Source of the DNA: Acidobacteriota bacterium
GTDB taxonomy: Bacteria > Acidobacteriota > Thermoanaerobaculia > Gp7-AA8
Direction of reading: 5' to 3'
Assembly: GCA_003223645.1 (NCBI GenBank)
Contig: QHVT01000014.1
Span: forward strand, 38,264 to 102,263
Length of the DNA: 64,000 nucleotides
Every line of letters starts with the position of its first letter. Positions within the stretch are counted from its first letter, which is position 1. This document shows positions 34,847-43,298 of this stretch, one piece after another. Both the position numbers and the translations under genes were made by a program. The notes beneath the pieces were generated by a model. That model had not been told where the DNA came from and ran no database searches. It worked only from the letters and a program-made list of their open reading frames with translations.

Positions 34847-36289
34847 ATGCTGAAACAGAAGGCACTGGTGATCGCGAGAATCGTCTACGGAGTCGATCTC
34901 GCCATCACTACGGTCGCATTCTTCACGGCGTTCTACGTCCGCGACGTGCTTCTGCCGTTCGTCGATCCCGGGCACTTCCCGACCGGCCTCTATCCGCTGC
35001 AGGAGTATCTGAAGATCTACCCGATCGTCCTCGTGATCTGGTCGGTGCTGCTCTTCACGTACGACAGCTACCACTCGCACCGCACGATTCCGCTCACGCG
35101 CGAGGGAGTCAACACGTTCCGCGTCGTCGGCGTCGGAACCGTGCTCCTCGCGACGCTCGCGTATCTCATTCCGCTGCGCCAGCTCTCGCGATCGTGGTTC
35201 GTCCTCTTCGCGATCCTCTCCGCGACACTCCTGGTGGCCGAGAAAATCCTGGTACGCTCGATCGCGCGCTGGGTCCGATCGAAGGGCCTCAACTACCGGA
35301 CGCTCCTCATCGTCGGCACCGGTCGCCGCGCCACCGACATCGCCCACATGATCCTCGGCCACAAATATTGGGGCTACAAGATTCTGGGCTTCGTCTCCGA
35401 TGGCCACCATCTTTCCAACGGCTGGGCGCGCTATCGCGTGTACGGCAGCGTGCCCGATCTCAAACGCATCCTCGAGGCGCATGAGATCAACGAGCCGATC
35501 GACGAGGTCGTCTTCGCCGTCACGCGCAAGAAGCTCGACGAGATGAAGCAGATTTTCCTGATGTGCGAAGAGCTCGGCATCCGCACGCGCGTGGCGATGA
35601 ACTTCTTCCAGAACCGCGTCGCGCGCCTGGAGATCGAAGAGCTGGAAGGCGTGCCGTTCCTCACGTTCACCACCACGCCGTCGAACGAAACGCATCTCGC
35701 GTTCAAGCGCCTCATCGACGTCGGCGTCTCCCTGGTGATGCTTGCGCTCGCGGTACCGGCGATTCTCATCGCCGCGCTGCTCATCAAGCTGACCTCGCCG
35801 GGATCGATTCTCTTCAAGCAGCCGCGCGTCGGCCTCAACGGCCGCAAGTTCACGCTCTACAAGTTTCGCACGATGATCGCGGACGCGCACGCGCGCCGCG
35901 AAGAGGTCGCGCATCTCAACGAGATGAACGGCCCGGTGTTCAAGGCCAAAGACGATCCGCGCGTCACGCCGGTCGGCCGCTTCCTGCGCCGCTTCTCACT
36001 CGACGAGCTGCCGCAGTTCTGGAACGTGCTGAAAGGCGACATGAGCCTCGTCGGCCCGCGCCCGCCCATCCCCGAGGAAGTGGCGTCGTATCACCGCTGG
36101 CACCGCCGCCGTTTGTCGATGAAGCCCGGCATGACCTGCCTCTGGCAGATCAGCGGCCGCAACGACATCGACTTCGACCGCTGGATGCAGCTCGACCTCC
36201 AGTACATCGACAACTGGTCGCCGACGCTGGACTTCAAGATCCTGCTGCGCACGATCCCCGCCGTCCTCTCCGGCAAGGGCGCGTCGTAG
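34847..36289 (+). CDS. Polyprenyl glycosylphosphotransferase (WbaP / EPS sugar transferase family)
   Basis: N-terminal TM block. KRLIDVGVSLVMLALAVP...FKQPRVGLNGRKFTLYKFRTM...DELPQFWNVLKGDMSLVGPRP. Confidence 0.92.
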   Translation: MLKQKALVIARIVYGVDLAITTVAFFTAFYVRDVLLPFVDPGHFPTGLYPLQEYLKIYPIVLVIWSVLLFTYDSYHSHRTIPLTREGVNTFRVVGVGTVLLATLAYLIPLRQLSRSWFVLFAILSATLLVAEKILVRSIARWVRSKGLNYRTLLIVGTGRRATDIAHMILGHKYWGYKILGFVSDGHHLSNGWARYRVYGSVPDLKRILEAHEINEPIDEVVFAVTRKKLDEMKQIFLMCEELGIRTRVAMNFFQNRVARLEIEELEGVPFLTFTTTPSNETHLAFKRLIDVGVSLVMLALAVPAILIAALLIKLTSPGSILFKQPRVGLNGRKFTLYKFRTMIADAHARREEVAHLNEMNGPVFKAKDDPRVTPVGRFLRRFSLDELPQFWNVLKGDMSLVGPRPPIPEEVASYHRWHRRRLSMKPGMTCLWQISGRNDIDFDRWMQLDLQYIDNWSPTLDFKILLRTIPAVLSGKGAS

Positions 36290-36369
36290 TGGTTGCGCAG
36301 TCGCGCGGTCTCGCGGTTGCGCGGCGGTTCTTCACCGCGTAACTGCGCGACCGCGTAACTGAGCAACCA
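36290..36369. repeat. Word-built hairpin, GCGGTTGCGC family, copy d
   Basis: TGGTTGCGCAGTCGCGCGGTCTCGCGGTTGCGCGG...CCGCGTAACTGCGCGACCGCGTAACTGAGCAACCA. Starts 1 nt after the stop codon. Confidence 0.85.
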
Positions 36370-36383
36370 TATACTTCGGGCCC

Positions 36384-37766
36384 ATGCCGAAGTTGGATCC
36401 CACCACCGCCGAATTCCGCAAGGCCGCGCACGCGATCGTCGACTGGATCGGCGATTACTTCGATCACATCGACGACTATCCCGTGCTCTCGCGCGTGCAG
36501 CCGGGCGACGTCGAGAAACAATTCGCGAGTGCGGCCTCGGAGACCGGCAAGCCGTACGACGCGCTGCTGACGGAGTTCGCGCAGAAGATCATCCCCGGGA
36601 TCACGCACTGGAACCATCCGTCGTTCTTCGCCTACTTCTCCGTCACCGGCTCGCAGGCCGGACTTCTCGGCGAGATGTTGAGCGCCGCGCTGAACATCAA
36701 CGGCATGCTCTGGCGCACGTCACCCGCCGTCACCGAGCTGGAGACGGTCGCGCTGCGCTGGCTGCGCGATGCGCTCGGGCTGCCGTCGCATCACTTCGGC
36801 ATCATCAACGACACGGCGTCGATCAACGTCTTCCTCGCCCTCGCCGCCGCGCGCGAGTTTCTCGGACTGAACATCCGCGGCGAAGGAATGACCGGCCGCG
36901 ATATGCCGCCGCTGAAGGTCTACATCTCCGAGCTGACGCATTCGTCCGCCGAAAAAGGTGCGCTGGCCTTGGGCTTCGGCCAGAAAAACGTGGTGAAGAT
37001 TCCGGTCGACGACAACCTGCAGATGCGTCCCGACGCGCTCGAAGCTGCGATCGCGCGCGATCGGGCCGCGGGCTCGATTCCGTGCGTGATCGTGGCGACT
37101 GTTGGAACGACGTCCTATGCGTCCGTCGATCCGATCCGCGCGATCGGTGAGATCGCCGCGCGCGAGAAGATCTGGTATCACGTCGACACCGCGTACGCCG
37201 GCTCGGCAATGATTTGCCCTGAGCTGCGCGTGCATTGGGACGGCATCGAGTACGCCGACTCGATCGTCGTCAATCCGCACAAGTGGCTCTTCACGCAGGT
37301 CGACTGCAGCGTGCTCTACACGCGCCATCCGGAAACGCTGCGCGAGACGTTCTCGCTCGTCCCCGAATATCTGAAGACCGCCGACACCGCCGAGATCAAC
37401 TACATGGACTACGGCCTTGCCCTCGGACGCCGTTTCCGCGCCCTGAAATTGTGGATGGTGATGGAGCACTACGGACTCGAGCACATGCGCGCAGTGATCC
37501 GCGAGCAGATCGGTTACGCGCAGCGGCTCGCCGCCGAATTGCAGAAGCGGCCCAATGTCGAGCTCCTCGCGCCGCAGTCCTTCAGCGTCGTCGTCTTCCG
37601 CAAGAAGGACGAGGACACGATGGCGCTCCTCGATCGCATCAACGCCAGCGGCGAGCTCTTCGTCTCGCACACGAAACGCGGCGAGCACTACGGCATCCGC
37701 GTCGCCCTCGGCAACGGCGCAACGGAGTGGCGTCACGTGGAGAAGATTCTCAGTTTCCTCGAATAG
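36384..37766 (+). CDS. PLP-dependent group II decarboxylase (aromatic-L-amino-acid decarboxylase-like)
   Basis: HWNHPSFFAYF and SIVVNPHKWLFTQVDCS (PLP lysine). 460 aa. Confidence 0.9.
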   Translation: MPKLDPTTAEFRKAAHAIVDWIGDYFDHIDDYPVLSRVQPGDVEKQFASAASETGKPYDALLTEFAQKIIPGITHWNHPSFFAYFSVTGSQAGLLGEMLSAALNINGMLWRTSPAVTELETVALRWLRDALGLPSHHFGIINDTASINVFLALAAAREFLGLNIRGEGMTGRDMPPLKVYISELTHSSAEKGALALGFGQKNVVKIPVDDNLQMRPDALEAAIARDRAAGSIPCVIVATVGTTSYASVDPIRAIGEIAAREKIWYHVDTAYAGSAMICPELRVHWDGIEYADSIVVNPHKWLFTQVDCSVLYTRHPETLRETFSLVPEYLKTADTAEINYMDYGLALGRRFRALKLWMVMEHYGLEHMRAVIREQIGYAQRLAAELQKRPNVELLAPQSFSVVVFRKKDEDTMALLDRINASGELFVSHTKRGEHYGIRVALGNGATEWRHVEKILSFLE

Positions 37767-37772
37767 GTTTGC

Positions 37773-37885
37773 GCGGCAGAAACGACGACCTCAGGCGCGT
37801 TGCGCCGCTCGAAACCGCAGCACGTGAGGTGGCGATCAGCATGCCGCGAGGCGGAGCAATCCACGCAGCCGGCCGTGCCGGCTAG
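37773..37885 (+). repeat. R4 ~112-bp 3'-end element, copy b
   Basis: GCGGCAGAAACGACGACCTCAGGCGCGTTGCGCCGCTCGAAACCGCAGCACGTGAGGTGGCGATCAGCATGCCGCGAGGCGGAGCAATCCACGCAGCCGGCCGTGCCGGCTAG. Begins 7 nt after the decarboxylase stop. Confidence 0.85.
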
Positions 37886-37917
37886 ACGCGGCGCGACGCG
37901 GTCGCGTATGAATTTTC

Positions 37918-38340
37918 ATGCGATCGATTGCGATCTGCTGTCTGCTCTTTTTTGCGTGCAACGGCGAGCTGCCGACGGAGCCGCGGATGGAAGCGCGGGA
38001 GGCGAACGTCATCGCCGCCGGATGCCCGGCACAAGCCGCGGCGCTCGATGCCGATGCGATCGTGATGAAACCGAACAGCGTCTACACCACGACGGTGCGC
38101 GTCTGCTTTCCGCCGGCGGCGTTGCCGTGGGATTTTCTCGTCGGTCCGCCGGAGATCGCCGAGGGACGGGCATCGATCGCCGCGGGCCAGAGCAGTACGA
38201 CGCTGACGATCTTCGCGAAGTCGCCGGGAATCGCGGCCGTGACGTACAGCGTGCCGAGGTTCGGACACGCGAATTCGACGGGTCTGATCGGGCGCATCCT
38301 TGTCGCCAATTCATTCAAGCGACGCAGCGCCTCGCACTAA
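37918..38340 (+). CDS. Hypothetical lipoprotein (140 aa)
   Basis: MRSIAICCLLFFAC has a lipobox-like LFFAC. High third-position GC. Its 3' end overlaps the recQ 3' end by 30 nt. Confidence 0.55.
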   Translation: MRSIAICCLLFFACNGELPTEPRMEAREANVIAAGCPAQAAALDADAIVMKPNSVYTTTVRVCFPPAALPWDFLVGPPEIAEGRASIAAGQSSTTLTIFAKSPGIAAVTYSVPRFGHANSTGLIGRILVANSFKRRSASH

Positions 38341-40137
38341 GTGCACGATCGCGTCGCCGAACGCTTCCAGCTTCGTGTCGCCGATGCCGTAGATGCCGCG
38401 CAACTCGTACGGTGTCGTCGGCCGCACGCGCGCGAGCTCGCGCAGCGTGCGATCGCTGAAGATCACGTACGGCGGGACGCCGCGCTCTTCCGCTTCGCGC
38501 CGCCGCCACATGCGCAGCGTCTCGAAGAGATCGCGATCGTACGCGGCGAGATCATCGAGCGGAGTGCGCGTCGCGCGTTTGTTCGTCGCATCCGCTTTCT
38601 TCACGGCCGGCTGTCGCAACCGCACGTCCGCGAATCCGCGCAGCACTTCCCGTGAGCGTGTGCCGAGGCGGAGGATGGGATACTCGCCGTCGGACTGCGC
38701 GAGAAACTCCTGTGCGATCAGCTGATAAATCCACTCGCGCACGTCCTGGCGCGTGTATCCCTTCAGCAGTCCATACGTCGACAATTCGTTGTGATGGCGC
38801 TCGCGAATCTTCTCCGTGTCTTCGCCGCGCAGCACGCCGACGACGTGCGAGACGCCCCACGACTCGCGCAGGCGATAGACGCACGACACGATTTTCTGCG
38901 CGATCGTCAGCGCGTCGGAGACTTCTTCCGTTTCGCCGAGGCAGATGTCGCAGGCATTGCAGTCTCCGGTGAACTTCTGGCCGAAGTACTCGACGAGCGC
39001 GCGATGGCGGCACGCCGCGCCGGAGCAGTAGCGGTCCATGTCATTGAGATGGCGCAGCAGCGAATCGGCATGCGCGGAATCGCTCGTCTCGGTCTTCAAC
39101 ATCGAGCGCCACAGCATCGGATCGGCGCCGGAGTAGAGCAGCACGCACTCCGCCTCGAGTCCGTCGCGTCCCGCGCGTCCCGATTCCTGTTGATAGTGCT
39201 CGACCGACTTCGGCATCGCCGTGTGCAGCACGAAGCGGACGTTCGAACGGTCGATGCCCATCCCGAATGCGACCGTCGCGACGACGAGATCGCACTGTTC
39301 CTTCGCGAATGCATCCTGCGCGACGCGCCGCTCTTCTTGTGTCAGGCCGGCGTGATAGGCGACGGCGTGATGTCCGCGTTTCTGCAGCTTTTCGGCGAGC
39401 GAGTCGACGTCGCGGCGGCGCGTGCAGTAGATGATGCCGGCCTCGCCGCGATGACGCTCGATCACGTCGAGCACCTGCTTCGCCTCGTCGTGGCGCGGCA
39501 GCACGCGGTAGGTGAGGTTCGGCCGATCGAAGTCTCCGACGAGCACGAGCGGATCGCGCAGCCCGAGCTGCGTGACGATGTCGCGCCGAACCTCGGGAGT
39601 CGCGGTCGCCGTGTACGCGTGCATCGACGCGTCGGGAAACTCGTCGCGCAGTGTGCGCAGCTGACGATACTCCGGACGGAAATCGTGTCCCCAATGACTG
39701 ATGCAATGCGCCTCGTCGATCGCGAACGTCTTCACGTCCGCGCGCCGCAGCATCTCGCGAAAGTACGGCACCGACATCCGCTCCGGCGAAACGAACAGCA
39801 GCTTCACGTCGCCGCGCAGCACGTCGCGCTCCACCGCGCGTACTTCTGTCAACGGAAGCGAGCTGTTCATCTGCGCCGCCGGAACGCCGCAGGCGATGAG
39901 ACCGTCGACCTGGTCTTTCATCAGCGAGATGAGCGGCGAGACGACGACCGTCACGCGATCCTGCAGCACCGCGGGCGCCTGATAGCAGAGCGATTTGCCG
40001 CCGCCCGTCGGCATGACCACGAGCGAGTCGCGCGAATCAAGCGCGGCCAGCATCGCCTCCTCCTGCAGCGGGCGGAGCGTGTCATATCCCCAATGTTTGT
40101 CGATGAGCTCGAGGAGGCGGGCCTTCACTGCTTGCAA
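38311..40137 (-). CDS. recQ: ATP-dependent DNA helicase RecQ
   Basis: Part of ORF 38311..40677. VVMPTGGGKSLCYQ, DEAHCISHWGHDFRPEY, a zinc-binding Cys cluster, and a C-terminal HRDC domain. The TTG 40137 start gives 608 aa. Confidence 0.92.
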   Translation of the reverse strand: MQAVKARLLELIDKHWGYDTLRPLQEEAMLAALDSRDSLVVMPTGGGKSLCYQAPAVLQDRVTVVVSPLISLMKDQVDGLIACGVPAAQMNSSLPLTEVRAVERDVLRGDVKLLFVSPERMSVPYFREMLRRADVKTFAIDEAHCISHWGHDFRPEYRQLRTLRDEFPDASMHAYTATATPEVRRDIVTQLGLRDPLVLVGDFDRPNLTYRVLPRHDEAKQVLDVIERHRGEAGIIYCTRRRDVDSLAEKLQKRGHHAVAYHAGLTQEERRVAQDAFAKEQCDLVVATVAFGMGIDRSNVRFVLHTAMPKSVEHYQQESGRAGRDGLEAECVLLYSGADPMLWRSMLKTETSDSAHADSLLRHLNDMDRYCSGAACRHRALVEYFGQKFTGDCNACDICLGETEEVSDALTIAQKIVSCVYRLRESWGVSHVVGVLRGEDTEKIRERHHNELSTYGLLKGYTRQDVREWIYQLIAQEFLAQSDGEYPILRLGTRSREVLRGFADVRLRQPAVKKADATNKRATRTPLDDLAAYDRDLFETLRMWRRREAEERGVPPYVIFSDRTLRELARVRPTTPYELRGIYGIGDTKLEAFGDAIVHLVRGAASLE

Positions 40138-40197
40138 TGGTACCTCGGGTGGTGGACCGCCCACCCGGGTTGGAAAGGGATCGTGACGTCTTGATTC

Positions 40198-40322
40198 GCG
40201 CGCACTGCACCGGAAGGCAGAAGGCAGAAGGCAGAATGAAGAAACCCGCCCTCGAATTCGACGCGGTGGGACGGGCTTCTCAATTCTGCATTCTGCCTTC
40301 TGCATTCCGGTCCCGTGCGCGT
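40198..40322. repeat. Long nested inverted repeat with GAAGGCAGAA words
   Basis: CGCGCGCACTGCACCGGAAGGCAGAAGGCAGAAGGCAGAATG...CATTCTGCCTTCTGCATTCCGGTCCCGTGCGCG, with an inner pair AGAAACCCGCCC/GGGACGGGCTTCT. Lies in the divergent recQ gap. Confidence 0.8.
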
Positions 40323-40380
40323 AGATTTCGCGCAATATCGCAACACACGATGAGCCACTACGCGTGACGGTCCCCCCGCA

Positions 40381-40935
40381 ATGTGCTATCTCTCCCCTCC
40401 CATGCACTCCGTCCGCGCCGGCGCGTCTCACGCGCAAGCGATCCACGCGATCGCCGAGCTGCTCGAGAAACTGCGCATCGAGTCGATGTTCGTCGGCAAC
40501 GTCGCGCGGTCGGCGTGGCTCGGCAGCGAAGTCGAGAGCGGCGCGATTGATGTGCTCGCGTTGATGAATGCGCCGCAGAAGAATCAGATTGCGATGATGG
40601 CGTCGAACCGCGGATTTCGCGTGGAGCAGAGCGAGATCGAGCAGAGTGAGGAGTTGGATCTGGTGCCGCTCAACCATATTTCAGCAGGGGGCGACGTTCG
40701 CGTGCACGTGCTGCTCGCGAGCAACGCGCTGTACGGACGAATGATGAATAACGCGAAGCCGGCGCAGATCGACGAGCGCACGATTCGCGTCGCCGCCGCG
40801 GAAGACCTCGCGCTGATGCTGCTCGTCGGCGAAGATGAAGCGGCCGTGCGCAAACTAACCATGCTGCCGGAGTTCGATCGCTCCGCGTTCCACGATCGCC
40901 TCACATCCATCGGCCTGGGAGTCGCGGCCGAATGA
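40381..40935 (+). CDS. Hypothetical protein, possibly a degenerate minimal nucleotidyltransferase fold
   Basis: 184 aa. FVGNVARSAWLG...GAIDVLAL and IRVAAAEDLALMLL loosely resemble small NTase-fold proteins, but no clean GS...DxD motif is present. ATGA-coupled to rnd. Confidence 0.55.
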   Translation: MCYLSPPMHSVRAGASHAQAIHAIAELLEKLRIESMFVGNVARSAWLGSEVESGAIDVLALMNAPQKNQIAMMASNRGFRVEQSEIEQSEELDLVPLNHISAGGDVRVHVLLASNALYGRMMNNAKPAQIDERTIRVAAAEDLALMLLVGEDEAAVRKLTMLPEFDRSAFHDRLTSIGLGVAAE

Positions 40936-42050
40936 ACTGGATCGACCGACAGGATGCGCTCGACGCCGCGCTGCAGCGCGTCGGAACGCAGGCGGAAATT
41001 GCCGTCGACACCGAGGCGGACTCGCTGCATTCGTACTTTGACAAAGTCTGCTTGATTCAAATCTCCGTGCCGGATGAAGACCTGATTGTCGATCCGCTAG
41101 CGAACGTCGATCTGCATCGCTTCGGTGAATTGCTCGCCGATCCGTCGATCACGAAAGTCTTTCACGGCGGCGACTACGACCTCCGCATCATGCATCGCGA
41201 CTTCGGCTTCGTCGTCCGCAATCTCATCGACACGTCGATCTGTGCGCAGCTCCTCGGATACGAGGCGTTCGGACTGGCCGCGCTGCTGGAGCGCCACTTC
41301 GGCATGAAGCTGAACAAGACCCATCAACGCGCCGACTGGTCGATGCGTCCGCTGCCGCCGGACATGCTCGAGTACGCGGCCACCGACACGCACTATCTCG
41401 CCGCGCTCGCCGCGAAGCTGCGCGAGGAGTTGCAGGCCCTCGGGCGGTGGGAATGGGCGGTCGAAGAATTTGCGCGGCTGGAGAACGTGCGCTATCGCGA
41501 AAACGATGACGACAACGAGCCGTGGCGGAAGGTGAAGAATATCGGCGGACTCGATCCCCGTTCGCTCGCCGTCGTGCGCGATTTGTACGAATGGCGCGAC
41601 AAGCTCGCGCGCAAAGCGGACCGCCCGCCGTTCAAGATCATGGGCAACGACGCGATCGTCGAGCTGGCGAAAACGAAGCCGGCTTCGCCTCGCGATCTCA
41701 CGGCCGTGAAGGCCGTGTCTCGCTATCACTCCGAGCGTTACGGCCGCGACCTCGTGCAGATCATTCGCGCGGTGCTGGAGATTCCGGAGGACGAGCTGCC
41801 GGAGAAAAACGCGCCGAAGCCGTGGATCCGCGACAAGGCGCTCGAAGCGCGCATCGATCGACTGAAGAGAGTGCGCGACCGTGTGGCGAAGGAGTTGAAG
41901 ATCGATCCATCCATCGTCGCGCCGCGTCACGTGCTGACCGGCATCGCCACGACGAACACGCTCGACGTGCCGGCGATGCGCGAGTGGCAGAAGAAGCTGG
42001 TCGGCGGGGCGCTGCTCGCGGCGCTGGAGCCGGAGCGGAAACTGTTTTGA
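40932..42050 (+). CDS. rnd: Ribonuclease D (DEDDy 3'-5' exonuclease + HRDC)
   Basis: IAVDTEADSLHSYFDKVCLIQIS, YAATDTHYL, C-terminal HRDC. Confidence 0.9.
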   Translation: MNWIDRQDALDAALQRVGTQAEIAVDTEADSLHSYFDKVCLIQISVPDEDLIVDPLANVDLHRFGELLADPSITKVFHGGDYDLRIMHRDFGFVVRNLIDTSICAQLLGYEAFGLAALLERHFGMKLNKTHQRADWSMRPLPPDMLEYAATDTHYLAALAAKLREELQALGRWEWAVEEFARLENVRYRENDDDNEPWRKVKNIGGLDPRSLAVVRDLYEWRDKLARKADRPPFKIMGNDAIVELAKTKPASPRDLTAVKAVSRYHSERYGRDLVQIIRAVLEIPEDELPEKNAPKPWIRDKALEARIDRLKRVRDRVAKELKIDPSIVAPRHVLTGIATTNTLDVPAMREWQKKLVGGALLAALEPERKLF

Positions 42051-42062
42051 CCGTTCCTTCTT

Positions 42063-42173
42063 CAGTTTATCCCGCGCGCAGACGCGGGATCTCGGGTTAT
42101 CCCGCGTTGATCGAGATGATGGACGAGTCCCGCGGTATCACCCGAGATCCCGCGTCTGCGCGCGGGATAAACT
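42063..42173. repeat. 111-bp near-perfect palindrome with self-complementary arms
   Basis: AGTTTATCCCGCGCGCAGACGCGGGATCTCGGGTTATCCCGCG (left) and CGCGGTATCACCCGAGATCCCGCGTCTGCGCGCGGGATAAACT (right). Each arm contains ATCCCGCG-N6-CGCGGGAT. Confidence 0.85.
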
Positions 42174-42180
42174 AAGGGCC

Positions 42181-43173
42181 ATGGAACGCGTCACCGAATA
42201 TCAAGTCATCATCATCGGATCGGGCCCTGCCGGATGCACGGCCGCGCTCTATCTCTCCCGCGCGAACATCCAGTGCATCGTCCTCGAGGGCATGCAGCCC
42301 GGCGGACAGCTCACCATCACGACTGACGTCGAGAATTACCCCGGCTTCCCCGAAGGCATCCTCGGACCGAAGCTGATGGAGCTGATGCGCCTGCAGGCGG
42401 AGCGCTTCGGCGCGAAGTTCTCCGCGCTGGAGCCGGTCGAGCGCGTGAATTTTCTCGAGCATCCGTTCGAGGTGCAGACCGATCAGCGCATGTACGTCGC
42501 GCCGGCGGTGATCGTCGCGTCGGGCGCGTCGGCGAAGCAGCTCGGGCTGCCGAGCGAGCAGGCGCTGCAGGGCTTCGGCGTCTCGTACTGCGCGACGTGC
42601 GACGGATTCTTTTTCAAGCAGAAGAACATCGTCGTCGTCGGCGGCGGCGACTCGGCGATGGAGGAGGCGACGTTCCTCACCAAGTTCGCGAGTAAAGTCA
42701 CGATCATCCATCGCCGCGAAGAGATGCGCGCCTCGAAGATCATGCAGGAGCGCGCGCTCAACAATTCGAAGATCGAGTTCATCTTCAACACGACCGTCGA
42801 CGAAGTGATCGGTACGAAAGAAAACGGCGTGAAGCAACTGAAGCTGCGCAATCTGAAGACGAACGAAGTGACGGACTTCGATGCTCAGGGACTCTTCGTC
42901 GCCATCGGACACACGCCGAATACGCAGCCGTTCGCCGGACAGCTGATACTCGATCAGGCCGGCTACATCACATTGCCGCACGCGCATTCGACGGTGACGA
43001 ACATCCAGGGCGTTTTCGCCTGCGGCGACGCCGTCGATCACATCTATCGGCAGGCCGTGACTGCGGCGGGCTCCGGATGCCAGGCCGCGCTCGACTGCGA
43101 GCGCTGGCTCACGCATGAGCGTATCACCGAACGCTGGGACCTGCCGAAGGGTGAGGAAGAGCGCGTGGATTAG
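42181..43173 (+). CDS. trxB: Thioredoxin-disulfide reductase
   Basis: IIIGSGPAGCTAALY, redox-active CATCDG, VVGGGDSAMEEA. Confidence 0.94.
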   Translation: MERVTEYQVIIIGSGPAGCTAALYLSRANIQCIVLEGMQPGGQLTITTDVENYPGFPEGILGPKLMELMRLQAERFGAKFSALEPVERVNFLEHPFEVQTDQRMYVAPAVIVASGASAKQLGLPSEQALQGFGVSYCATCDGFFFKQKNIVVVGGGDSAMEEATFLTKFASKVTIIHRREEMRASKIMQERALNNSKIEFIFNTTVDEVIGTKENGVKQLKLRNLKTNEVTDFDAQGLFVAIGHTPNTQPFAGQLILDQAGYITLPHAHSTVTNIQGVFACGDAVDHIYRQAVTAAGSGCQAALDCERWLTHERITERWDLPKGEEERVD

Positions 43174-43282
43174 CCGGCACGTCCGGCTGCGTGGATTGCT
43201 CCGCCTTGCGGCATGCTTGTCGCCACGTCACGACCTGCGGCTTCGAGCGGCGCGACGCGCCTGAGATCGTCGTTTCTGCCGC
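43171..43282 (-). repeat. R4 ~112-bp 3'-end element, copy c (inverted orientation)
   Basis: The reverse complement matches copies a and b at about 90% by eye. Its first three nt (TAG) are the trxB stop codon. It fills the convergent gap up to 16 nt from the next gene. Confidence 0.85.
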
Positions 43283-43298
43283 AACTCGTAGCCGCGCG

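Noticed and set aside
37882-38268. 128-aa minus-strand ORF ending at the R4 copy-b CTAG
   Set aside because: It is an Arg-rich shadow of the plus-strand ORF 37918..38340, which has a lipobox signal peptide. The shared TAG is simply the palindromic CTAG at the end of the element.
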